A stretch of DNA of 32,000 nucleotides from Mucisphaera calidilacus (GTDB taxonomy: Bacteria > Planctomycetota > Phycisphaerae > Phycisphaerales > Phycisphaeraceae), in NCBI RefSeq assembly GCF_007748075.1, contig NZ_CP036280.1, positions 2,940,001 through 2,972,000 of the forward strand. Reading direction: 5' to 3'. The position numbers and the translations under genes are program-made. How positions within the stretch are numbered: position 1 is the stretch's first letter; the number at the start of each line of letters is the position of its first letter. Below, in pieces: positions 1-7,526 of this stretch. Under the pieces are notes generated by a model. It was not told where the DNA came from, made no database searches, and saw only the letters and a list, made by a program, of their open reading frames with translations.

Positions 1-413
1 TGATCAAGCGGGCGGGGATCCTGTGCAAGGCGGGCGGGTGGACGCTGATCAAGGGGACGAAGCCGACGAAGGACCTGCGGTTCGACGTCCCGACGGTGGG
101 GGTCTCGACGATCAACAACATGAAGTCTTCGAAGGCGGCGTGCCTGGTGATCACGGCGGGGAACGTGATCATGATCGACAAGGAGGACGTGCTGGCGGCG
201 GCGGACGCGGCGGGGATCTGCATTGTGGGGATCGAGCCGGTGGAGGGGACGGAGCTGCCGATGGAGACGCTGGCGAAGTACGCCGAGTCGATGGACGAGC
301 CGATCGAGGCGTTGCAGGGGAGTCTGGTGAAGCCTGTGGGGGAGGAGGCTGATGCCGAGGCCGAGGAGGGGGAGCGTTTTGAGTCAGGCGGATCGGCGCC
401 GGCTCAGGGGTAG
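1..413 (+). CDS. lpxI: LpxI-like UDP-2,3-diacylglucosamine pyrophosphatase (DUF1009), C-terminal part; 5' end lies outside the window
   Basis: Frame 3 is open from nt 3 (IKRAGILCKAGGWTLIKGTKPTKDLRFDVPTVGVSTI...) and runs into listed ORF 96..413. DLRFDVPTVG...VITAGNVIMIDKEDVLAAADAAGICIVG resembles the LpxI C-terminal domain. High GC3 in this frame. Confidence 0.6.
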   Translation, partial: IKRAGILCKAGGWTLIKGTKPTKDLRFDVPTVGVSTINNMKSSKAACLVITAGNVIMIDKEDVLAAADAAGICIVGIEPVEGTELPMETLAKYAESMDEPIEALQGSLVKPVGEEADAEAEEGERFESGGSAPAQG

Positions 414-2810
414 GAGCGTCAGGAGTATCGTGACCGCGGCGGGTTCGGGGATGGCGGTGTTGCCGAAGTGGCTGGCGAGGATGGAGAGGTCGAGGAGGTC
501 GACGGTGTTGTCGCCGTTGAAGTCGCCCTGGGTGAAGCCAAAGACTCCGGGCAGGCCGAAGTTGGCGGCAAGGATGGAGAGGTCGTTCATGTCGACGCTG
601 CCGTCGAGGTTGGCGTCGGCTGGGAGGAGGGTTGCGCTGAAATAGGTGACTTCGCCTGTGGCCATCAGGCTGGAGGTGTCGAAGGTGCCGGGTCCGTTGT
701 AGAGGATGGTGTCGAAGGCTCCGGTGATGTCGGCGTTGGTCCAGTCGAAGAGCTGGTAGGTGGTGATCTGGAGACTTTGCAGGTCGAGGCCATCGTCGAA
801 TTCGAGGAGGAGGGTTCCGGCGAGGGCGACGGGGGTGTCGGGGTCGGCGAACTGGATGATGGAGCCCCACTGGTTGTCTTCGAAGACGAGGCGGAGGGTG
901 GCGGCGGGGTCGATGGTGAGTTCCTGCTCGATGGTGATGGGGATGGCGGGTTCGGATTCATCCAGGGGGTTGTCGTCCCAGATGCGTAGGGTTTCGCTGC
1001 TTTGCAGGATCAGGCCTTTGACGCGGCCATCGGGGTGGATGGCGTTGCGGACGCCGGCCAGGCGTTGACTCATCCTGTTTCCTGATGTCCTGTCTATGTA
1101 GTAATGACTTCTGCGCAGATCCGAAGCCGTGAAGTCGGTGTTATGCAGGTTTGCATGGTTAAATACGACTGACTGCAGGTTTAGATTGCTCAGGTCCCAG
1201 TCGGTCAGGTCGTTGTAGCCCAAGTCGATCCCGGCGAGATTTTTGTTCTTGTAGCTGGCGGTGCTGTAGAGCTGGCCTGCGGTGAATCCGGAATCGGTGG
1301 TTCTATAGAAGTCCGCTCCGGTGATGAGGGCGTCGGACAGGTCGGTGTTGGTGAGGTTGGCGTAGTCGAGATTCGCGTCGGTGAGGTTGGCGTTGTTCAG
1401 GTCGGTGTTGGTGAGGTTGGCGTAGTCCAAATCTGTGTCGGTGAGGTTCTGGCCGGCGAGGTTCCATCCGGTCAGGTCGTTGGAGTACAATTTGATCCCG
1501 GTGAGGTTCTTGTTCTTGTAGCTGGCGGTGCTGTAGAGCTGGGTGGCGGTGAATCCGGAATCGGTGGTTGAGCCGAAATTTGCCTCGGTGATGATGGCGT
1601 CGGACAGGTCGGTGTTGGTGAGGGTGGCGTTGTATAAATATGCGTCGGTGAGGTTGGCGTTGTTCAGGTCGGTGTTGGTGAGGTTCTGGCCGGCGAGGTT
1701 CCATCCGGTCAAGTCGTTGTAGCCCAAGTCGATCCCGGTGAGGTTCTTGTTCTTGTAGCTGGCGGTGCTGTAGAGCTGGGCTGCGGTGAAACCGGAATCG
1801 GTGGTTCTATAGAAGTCCGCTCCGGTGATGAGGGCGTCGGACAGGTCGGTGTTGGCCAGGTTGGCGAGGCCGAAGTAGGCGTCGGTCAGGTTCTGGCCGG
1901 CGAGGTTCCAGGCCGTGAGATCGTTGTACCGCAAGTCGATCCCGGCGAGATTTTTGTTCTTGTAGCTGGCGGTGCTGTAGAGCTGGCCTGCGGTGAATCC
2001 GGAATCGGTGGTTGAGCCGAAATTTGCCTCGGTGATGATGGCGTCGGACAGGTCGGTGTTAGTGAGGTTGGCGTAGTCGAGATTCGCGTCGGTGAGGTCG
2101 GCGTTGTTCAGGTCGGTGTTGGTGAGGTTGGCGTCGTCGAAATCCGCGTCGGTGAGGTTTTGGCCGGCAAGGTTCCATCCGGTCAGGTCGTTGTACCGCA
2201 AGTCGATCCCGGCGAGGTTCTTGTTCTTGTAGCTGGCGGTGCTGTAGAGCTGGGCTGCGGTGAAACCGGAATCGGTGGTTGAGCCGAAATTTGCCTCGGT
2301 GATGATGGCGTCGGACAGGTCGGTGTTGGTGAGGGTGGCGTTGTAGAAGGATGCGCTCGCGAGGTTCTGGCCGGCGAGGTTCCATCCGGTCAGGTCGTTG
2401 GAGTACAATTTGATCCCGGCCAGGTTTTTGTTCTTGTAGCTGGCGGTGCTGTAGAGCTGGGTGGCGGTGAATCCGAAATCGGTGGTTGAGCCGAAATTTG
2501 CCTCGGTGATGATGGCGTCGGACAGGTCGGTGTTGGTGAGGGTGGCGTTGTATAAATATGCGTCGGCGAGGTTGGCGTTGCTGAGGTTGGCCTGTGTCAG
2601 GTCCGCTTCACGCAGGTATGCCTTGTAGAGATTCAGTCCTTGCAGGTCTGCGTAGGGTTCCGCGGTCTTGCCCGCGCCGTCGGGCGTCAGTGTGGTGGAT
2701 TGGTAGATTCCGCGAGAAGCCGTCCACTGGTAGATGTCGGCGTGGGTGGTGGTGGTGAGGGCGAGGATGAGTGTGGAGGCGAGTACGCCCCCGGAAGTTA
2801 TGCGTGTCAT
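384..2810 (-). CDS. Secreted modular pentapeptide-repeat protein with dockerin/EF-hand-like loops and a C-terminal PEP-CTERM sorting signal
   Basis: ORF 384..3098 trimmed to ATG at 2810 (cat at 2808-2810) with a GGAGAG SD-like sequence just upstream. Signal peptide MTRITSGGVLASTLILALTTTTHA. Six modules of A(D/N)Lxx pentapeptide runs, each with QLYSTASYKNKNL(A/T)GI. Loops DANLDGSVDMNDL and GDFNGDNTVDLLDL. C-terminus IPEPAAVTILLTLLPLSRRRSA (PEP motif, hydrophobic helix, Arg cluster). Confidence 0.9.
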   Translation of the reverse strand: MTRITSGGVLASTLILALTTTTHADIYQWTASRGIYQSTTLTPDGAGKTAEPYADLQGLNLYKAYLREADLTQANLSNANLADAYLYNATLTNTDLSDAIITEANFGSTTDFGFTATQLYSTASYKNKNLAGIKLYSNDLTGWNLAGQNLASASFYNATLTNTDLSDAIITEANFGSTTDSGFTAAQLYSTASYKNKNLAGIDLRYNDLTGWNLAGQNLTDADFDDANLTNTDLNNADLTDANLDYANLTNTDLSDAIITEANFGSTTDSGFTAGQLYSTASYKNKNLAGIDLRYNDLTAWNLAGQNLTDAYFGLANLANTDLSDALITGADFYRTTDSGFTAAQLYSTASYKNKNLTGIDLGYNDLTGWNLAGQNLTNTDLNNANLTDAYLYNATLTNTDLSDAIITEANFGSTTDSGFTATQLYSTASYKNKNLTGIKLYSNDLTGWNLAGQNLTDTDLDYANLTNTDLNNANLTDANLDYANLTNTDLSDALITGADFYRTTDSGFTAGQLYSTASYKNKNLAGIDLGYNDLTDWDLSNLNLQSVVFNHANLHNTDFTASDLRRSHYYIDRTSGNRMSQRLAGVRNAIHPDGRVKGLILQSSETLRIWDDNPLDESEPAIPITIEQELTIDPAATLRLVFEDNQWGSIIQFADPDTPVALAGTLLLEFDDGLDLQSLQITTYQLFDWTNADITGAFDTILYNGPGTFDTSSLMATGEVTYFSATLLPADANLDGSVDMNDLSILAANFGLPGVFGFTQGDFNGDNTVDLLDLSILASHFGNTAIPEPAAVTILLTLLPLSRRRSA
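1130..2640 (-). repeat. Intragenic tandem modules (6 copies; 207, 237 or 267 nt) of the pentapeptide protein gene
   Basis: The anchor gtagctggcggtgctgtagagctgg recurs at 1251, 1518, 1755, 1962, 2229 and 2436. Spacings are 267, 237, 207, 267, 207 nt (89, 79, 69, 89, 69 aa). Long stretches are near-identical at DNA level. Confidence 0.9.
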
Positions 2811-2943
2811 GGCTCTCTCTCCGTGGTGAGGGAATAGTGGAAGTTTATCACGGACAGAGGAGTTGTGAAGCTTTATTTGGGGGTTTCCCGCGAGTCGGCG
2901 TTGGGTGGGTTTACACACAGCAACCTCGGGGACTCGGTTGCAA

Positions 2944-3127
2944 TGTGGCACCCCAAGCTCGCGCTTTGGGCTCGTGGGGGTGTGGCACCCCAAGCTTGCG
3001 CTTGGGGCTCGTAGGGGTGAGGCACCCCAAGCTTGCGCATGGGGCTCGTGGGGGTGAGGCGCCCAAGCTTGCGCTTGGGGCTCGTGGGGGTGTGGCACCC
3101 CAAGCTTGCGCTTGGGGCTCGTAGGGG
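2944..3127 (-). repeat. Five tandem copies of a 37-bp (one 36-bp) intergenic unit, each carrying an 8-bp-stem hairpin
   Basis: Units are 2944-2980, 2981-3017, 3018-3054, 3055-3090 and 3091-3127, consensus tgtggcaccccaagcttgcgcttggggctcgtggggg. The core is ccccaagc-ttgc-gcttgggg. On the minus strand, which is sense for both flanking genes, the loop reads GCAA. No spacers between units. Confidence 0.9.
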
Positions 3128-3162
3128 TGTGGGTGTCTTTTGATTCGGGGTGAGGGGTTGTG

Positions 3163-4656
3163 TCAGAAGAGTTCGGATTCGGGTTCGTCGAGTTCCTGGA
3201 TGATGACGTTCTGGACGCGTAGGGAGGCGCTTTCGGCGTAGAAGCCGACGGAGCCTTGGGTGTAGTGTTCGTCGACGAGTGTGAGGAGGACGTGTCCGTC
3301 GAGCGAGCACTCGAGGTATTGTCCGTAGGCGATGACTTCGAGTTCGGCGGGTTCGCCTGGGGTTGGGATGAAGTATCCGGCCTGGAGTTGTCGGTAGTTG
3401 AAGGCTTCTTCGCCCAGGGCGGTGGCGCTGTTACCCCAGGCTCGGAGTTGCGCGACGCCTTTGAAGAGGTCGAGGCTGAGGTAGTAGCCGTTGGCGTTTT
3501 CGTCGAGTCGGAGGACGAGTCCGCACTTGCCGGAGCCGTTGAGTTGGAGTCGGCATCGGAGTCGGAAGTCGGCGTGTCGTTGTTGTGTGACGAAGAGTTC
3601 GTATCCGCTGGTGCAGGCGAGGGTGACGCCGTCTTCGTGGGCTTCGACGCGTGCGCGGGGGTTGTCGAAGACGGTTCGGTAGCGTGAGGTGTCGTTGGCG
3701 CGTTCGGTGGTGGTGACGCGGTCGGTGAAGGCCTCGTGCGATTTGAGTTGGAGTCGTCCGCGTCGGTTGACGGCGAGTCGTTTGGGTGGGGGGAGGAAGT
3801 TTTTGCGTGTGCCGTCGGCCTGTGTCATGGAGAAGAAGTTGAAGACGAGCCAGCCGTTGTCGTCGCGGCAGCATCGTGCGGCGTAGTTGCCTTTGGGGAG
3901 CAGGACGTTGTCGGCGTAGTTTTCGAAGGGTCCGTCGGGAGTGTTGGCGTACCAGTAGTGGACCTTGACGTCTTCGCGGATGGATCCGAGGAGGAAGAAT
4001 CGACCGTCGAGTTCGTAGAGTCCGGGGACTTCGACGTCGTCGTAGAGTCCGGGTGCGTGGAGTGGCGGCCCGAACTCGAAGACGTCGGGTGCGACTTCGA
4101 CGGCCTGTCCGACGCATCCTCTGCGGACGAGGGGTCCGTGTTTGCGTCGTGCGGAGAAGAGGAGTCTTCGCTGGCCTTCGTGTTCGAAGAGGAAGGGGTC
4201 TCGGCAGCTGACCCATTGTCGTCCCTCGTCGGTGCGTGATTCGTACCAGGGTCCGGGGACGGCGAGTGGGTATCCGGGCTGTAATTTCCGGGGTTCGTGG
4301 GTTTCGCAGGCTACGCGTGTCCAGGTCATGAGGTCGTTGGATCGTGCGGCACCGATGCGTTGGACGCGTCCGCCTTCGCGTCGCTGGAGTCCGGTGTAGA
4401 GCATGCGCCAGGCGTTGTTGTCGGCGGGGTCTCGCGTGACGTGCATGGTCCAGAGCATGTCGTCGTCCCAGGCGCCGGGGTCGCCTACGAACATGGCGTT
4501 GTTGACGCGTCGCCAGGTCATGCCGTCGGTGCTGACGGCGTGGGCGATGATGTCGTGGTTGGGCAGGACGAGGTGGAAGAGGTGGAAGACGCCATCGTGG
4601 TAGAGGACGTCGACGTCGCCGATGTCTGAACGGATAAAGCCGTGGCTGCTGTACAT
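3163..4656 (-). CDS. GH32-like (clan GH-J) beta-fructofuranosidase-type glycoside hydrolase with a C-terminal beta-sandwich domain; putative sucrose/fructan hydrolase
   Basis: ATG at 4656. N-terminal GDVDVLYHDGVFHLFHL and IAHAVSTDGMTW resemble the GH32 NDPNG...YHLFYQ and WGHA.S.DL..W blocks. There is an RDP motif (SCRDPFLF) and an ECP-like VEVPGLYEL. No signal peptide. It sits next to the SPP/SPS genes. Confidence 0.55.
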   Translation of the reverse strand: MYSSHGFIRSDIGDVDVLYHDGVFHLFHLVLPNHDIIAHAVSTDGMTWRRVNNAMFVGDPGAWDDDMLWTMHVTRDPADNNAWRMLYTGLQRREGGRVQRIGAARSNDLMTWTRVACETHEPRKLQPGYPLAVPGPWYESRTDEGRQWVSCRDPFLFEHEGQRRLLFSARRKHGPLVRRGCVGQAVEVAPDVFEFGPPLHAPGLYDDVEVPGLYELDGRFFLLGSIREDVKVHYWYANTPDGPFENYADNVLLPKGNYAARCCRDDNGWLVFNFFSMTQADGTRKNFLPPPKRLAVNRRGRLQLKSHEAFTDRVTTTERANDTSRYRTVFDNPRARVEAHEDGVTLACTSGYELFVTQQRHADFRLRCRLQLNGSGKCGLVLRLDENANGYYLSLDLFKGVAQLRAWGNSATALGEEAFNYRQLQAGYFIPTPGEPAELEVIAYGQYLECSLDGHVLLTLVDEHYTQGSVGFYAESASLRVQNVIIQELDEPESELF

Positions 4657-4749
4657 GCCGCTTCCTTGTCATGCGGGTCGCTGGGGATTATGGTCGGGCG
4701 TATGAACGATAACGCAGATGCGTCTGCTGTTCGCGCGGTGGGGGTGTGA

Positions 4750-5475
4750 ATGATGTCGGACGCCGGGCGTTGCGGGTGGTTATTGGTTTCGGATATTGAC
4801 GACACCTTTCTGGGTGACGCGGGGGCGACTCTGCGTCTGATCCGAGAGGCGGGTCGTCAGGGGGTGGCGATCGCGTTGAACTCTTCTCGGCCTTGGGTGT
4901 CGGTGGCGGAGACGGTGGCGGGGTTGCCTGAGGGTTGGCGGCCGCGGGCGACGATCACGGCGATGGGGACGCAGGTGCGGATTGATGAGAAGGAGCAGGT
5001 GGCGTGGGCGGAGCGTTTTGGCGGGTGGTCGCGTGGGCCGTTTGATGCCTTGGCGGCGGAGCGTGGCTGGGTGGCGCACGAGGCGGCGATGCAGACGGCG
5101 TACAAGGCGAGTTATGCGCTGCCCGAGGGTGCGGACCGGGATGCGGTGCGGGAGCAGATTCTTGCGGCGGGGCGGGCGTTGGTGGTGATCTCGGGCGGTG
5201 GTGATCTGGACGTGCTGCCGGTGTCGGCGGGGAAGGGTCCGGCGACGGTTTACCTGGCGGGGGTGCTGGGGTTCGGGATGGATCGCGTGGTGGTGGCGGG
5301 TGACTCGGCGAATGATCTGGGGATGTTCGAGGTGGCGGAGCGGGCGATCGCGGTGGGCAATGCGCGGGCGGAGTTGACGTCGCGTGCGGACCCGGAGCGG
5401 ACGTACTTTGCGCGTGGGTGTTGTGCGGGGGGCATCATCGAGGGCCTGATGGCCTATGGTGTGTTGAGTGACTAA
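4750..5475 (+). CDS. spp: Sucrose-phosphate phosphatase-like HAD-IIB hydrolase
   Basis: ATG at 4750 directly after an in-frame TGA. WLLVSDIDDTFLGD matches the SPP N-terminal SDLDNTWVGD-type DxDxT motif. Also ALNSSRP (motif II) and VAGDSANDLGMF (GDxxND motif). Directly upstream of SPS. Confidence 0.75.
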   Translation: MMSDAGRCGWLLVSDIDDTFLGDAGATLRLIREAGRQGVAIALNSSRPWVSVAETVAGLPEGWRPRATITAMGTQVRIDEKEQVAWAERFGGWSRGPFDALAAERGWVAHEAAMQTAYKASYALPEGADRDAVREQILAAGRALVVISGGGDLDVLPVSAGKGPATVYLAGVLGFGMDRVVVAGDSANDLGMFEVAERAIAVGNARAELTSRADPERTYFARGCCAGGIIEGLMAYGVLSD

Positions 5476-5498
5476 TTCATGATCTGGAAGGATGTGTT

Positions 5499-6800
5499 GT
5501 GGCCAAGCAGCAGAAATATGCCGGTTCGATTCTGATGATTTCGGTGCACGGGTACGTGGCGGGTCAGCCGCAGCTGGGCAAGCCGGACACGGGTGGCCAG
5601 GTGGTGTTCGTGCTGGAGTTGGCCAAGCGTTTTCGTCGGCTGGGGTATCGGGTGGATCTGTTGACGCGTCGGTTCGAGCGTCAGCCGGCGGTGGACAAGA
5701 TCACGGAGGGGTTGCGTGTGCTGCGGGTCCCGTTCGGCGGGAACAAGTTCATCCGCAAGGAGGACATGCACGATCACATCGCGGACTTCGTGACGAACGC
5801 GTTGGCCTATTTTCGTGAGAACAAGCTGACGTACGACGTGGTGAACTCGCATTACTGGGACGCGGGGTGGTCGGGTCAGCGGATCGCGGAGGAGATGGAG
5901 ATTGCGCACGTGCACACGCCTCACTCGCTGGGTTCGTGGAAGAAGAAGGGGATGGTGGAGGCGGGTCAGCCGGTGGACGACACGTATCGGTTTGACGAGC
6001 GGATCGCGAAGGAATTCCTGGTGTACCGGAACTGTGACCACGTGATCCCGACGACGGACCAGCAGGAGGCGATTCTGGCGGAGGATTACGGGGTTCCTCG
6101 TGATCACATGACGATGATCCCGCCGGGGATGGACGAGGCGCGTTTCATGCCGGCGCAGCCGGCGTTGCGTGCGGCGATCCAGAAGAAGCACGGATTCAAG
6201 CAGCATGACGTGTATGCGGTGGGTCGTGTGGCAACGAACAAGGGTTACGACCTTCTGATCAAGTCGCTGCCTTATCTTCGCGAGGCGGTGCCGAAGGCGC
6301 GGGTGGTGATTGCGGCGGGGGCGAACTCGGAGCGTGACAAGCGGAAGGTGAACCAGCTCAAGGCGATCGCGGAGGAGGCGGGCGTGAGCAAGCACGTGAA
6401 GTGGAAGGGTTATGTGCCGGACGATGAGTTGGCGGATCATTATCGTTCGGCGGCGGTGTTCGCGATGTGCTCGCGTTACGAGCCGTTCGGGATGACGGCG
6501 ATCGAGGCGATGGCGTGCGGGACGCCTACGGTGGTGACGGTGCACGGGGGTTTGCACGAGGTGATCAATTACGGGACGCACGCTCTGTACGCGGACCCGA
6601 AGCAGCCTTACATGTACGCGGCGGCGTTGGCGACGCCGATGCTTTACCCGGAGCTGGGAAACCGGTTGTCGATCGAGGGTGCGCGTTTTGCACGGCGTCA
6701 GTTCGGCTGGACGGGTATTGCGCGGCGGACGCTGGCGATCTTCAATCGTCTGATCGGCCGGTACGAGTCGAGCGAGCGGCTGGAGGGATCGGTGGAGTGA
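5499..6800 (+). CDS. sps: Sucrose-phosphate synthase (GT4-family glycosyltransferase domain only)
   Basis: GTG start at 5499 with ggaagga 8 nt upstream. ILMISVHGYVAGQPQLGKPDTGGQVVFVLELAKRFRRLGYRVDLLTRRF matches the cyanobacterial SPS N-terminal signature (ISVHG...LG..DTGGQ..YVLELA...VDLLTR). C-terminal GT-B block EPFGMTAIEAMACGTPTV. Confidence 0.8.
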   Translation: MAKQQKYAGSILMISVHGYVAGQPQLGKPDTGGQVVFVLELAKRFRRLGYRVDLLTRRFERQPAVDKITEGLRVLRVPFGGNKFIRKEDMHDHIADFVTNALAYFRENKLTYDVVNSHYWDAGWSGQRIAEEMEIAHVHTPHSLGSWKKKGMVEAGQPVDDTYRFDERIAKEFLVYRNCDHVIPTTDQQEAILAEDYGVPRDHMTMIPPGMDEARFMPAQPALRAAIQKKHGFKQHDVYAVGRVATNKGYDLLIKSLPYLREAVPKARVVIAAGANSERDKRKVNQLKAIAEEAGVSKHVKWKGYVPDDELADHYRSAAVFAMCSRYEPFGMTAIEAMACGTPTVVTVHGGLHEVINYGTHALYADPKQPYMYAAALATPMLYPELGNRLSIEGARFARRQFGWTGIARRTLAIFNRLIGRYESSERLEGSVE

Positions 6801-6830
6801 GGCGCATTCCCGGGGGTGAGGCGTGGGGTT

Positions 6831-7202
6831 TTACTCGTCGGCGTTGATGAGCTGCCTCTGCATGGCGGAGAGGAGCGCGGGGTCGAGGTCGTGGGCGCGT
6901 TGGAGCCAGGTTCGCGAGTGGTCGAGGTTGGCATCGGGTTGTTCGGCGACCTTGAGGGCGGCGCGGGCGGCGGTTTGTCGGACCTCGTCCTCGATGGATC
7001 CGGCGGTGTCGTTGTCGATGAGGGCGATGAGTCGTTCGTAGGTCTGCTGGTACTGGCCCTGGTTGTAGAGTTCCTCGACGACGGTGTTGTACTCGTTGCG
7101 AGCCTCTCGTTCGCCGGCGTTGAAAAGCCAGACGCCTGCGGCGACGGCGAGGAGGACGACGACGAGGGCGATCTTGCTGGCGGAGGATTTTGCGGCGGGC
7201 AT
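6831..7202 (-). CDS. Small membrane-anchored hypothetical protein
   Basis: ATG at 7202. N-terminal TM helix KIALVVVLLAVAAGVWLF followed by a helical soluble part of ordinary composition, unlike the Arg/Pro-rich alternative frames. It lies 10 nt downstream of the DUF1294 gene on the same strand. Confidence 0.6.
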   Translation of the reverse strand: MPAAKSSASKIALVVVLLAVAAGVWLFNAGEREARNEYNTVVEELYNQGQYQQTYERLIALIDNDTAGSIEDEVRQTAARAALKVAEQPDANLDHSRTWLQRAHDLDPALLSAMQRQLINADE

Positions 7203-7212
7203 CGGGGTTTCC

Positions 7213-7518
7213 TCAGGCGGTTGTGGCGGGTGCGAAGCGCCATGTGACCCAGGCGATGATGAGGGCTGCGTGGATGAGGATGATGGTCCAGGAGACGATG
7301 CGGAAGGAGAGCTTGGCGGATTTGTGCCGGAGGTAGCGTCGTGCGAGGAGGCCGCCGGGGTATCCGCCGAGGAGTTCGAGCAGGTGGAGTGTGGCTTCGG
7401 GGGTTCGGAACTGCTGTCGCGTGGCGGCGCGTTTGTCGAGGGCGTAGGTGAGGAAGGTGATGAGGGACATCACGGCGAGGAGTGCTGCGTAGATGACGGC
7501 TTCGAGGGGTAGGGTCAA
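7213..7518 (-). CDS. DUF1294-family small membrane protein
   Basis: Only the last ~101 codons of the 1054-aa track ORF look real: TLPLEAVIYAALLAVMSLITFLTYALDKRAATRQQFRTPEATLHLLELLGGYPGGLLARRYLRHKSAKLSF matches the DUF1294 pattern (DKrrA...R.pE..L......GG.pG......RHKt.K..F). The proposed TTG start at 7518 lies 9 nt after the nagZ stop. Alternative starts are GTG 7473 and ATG 7470. Confidence 0.65.
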   Translation of the reverse strand: MTLPLEAVIYAALLAVMSLITFLTYALDKRAATRQQFRTPEATLHLLELLGGYPGGLLARRYLRHKSAKLSFRIVSWTIILIHAALIIAWVTWRFAPATTA

Positions 7519-7526
7519 CGTCTTGC

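Noticed and set aside
384-413. 30-nt convergent overlap of lpxI and the PEP-CTERM protein gene (and the 4-nt overlap at 21537-21540)
   Set aside because: Tail-to-tail overlaps of this size are common in compact high-GC genomes. There is no additional signal.
2944-3127. The 37-bp repeat array considered as a CRISPR array
   Set aside because: The units abut directly with no unique spacers, there are only five copies, and there are no cas genes in the window. It is a plain tandem repeat.
2771-3310. ORFs 2771..3124 (+) and 2873..3310 (-) crossing the tandem repeat
   Set aside because: Their periodic peptide sequences simply translate the 37-bp repeat, and they overlap the 3' end of the GH32-like gene. 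There is no independent coding evidence.
4714-4727. Short dyad gcaga-tgcg-tctgc in the divergent GH32-like/SPP promoter region
   Set aside because: The arms are only 5 bp, which is easily a chance occurrence at this GC content.
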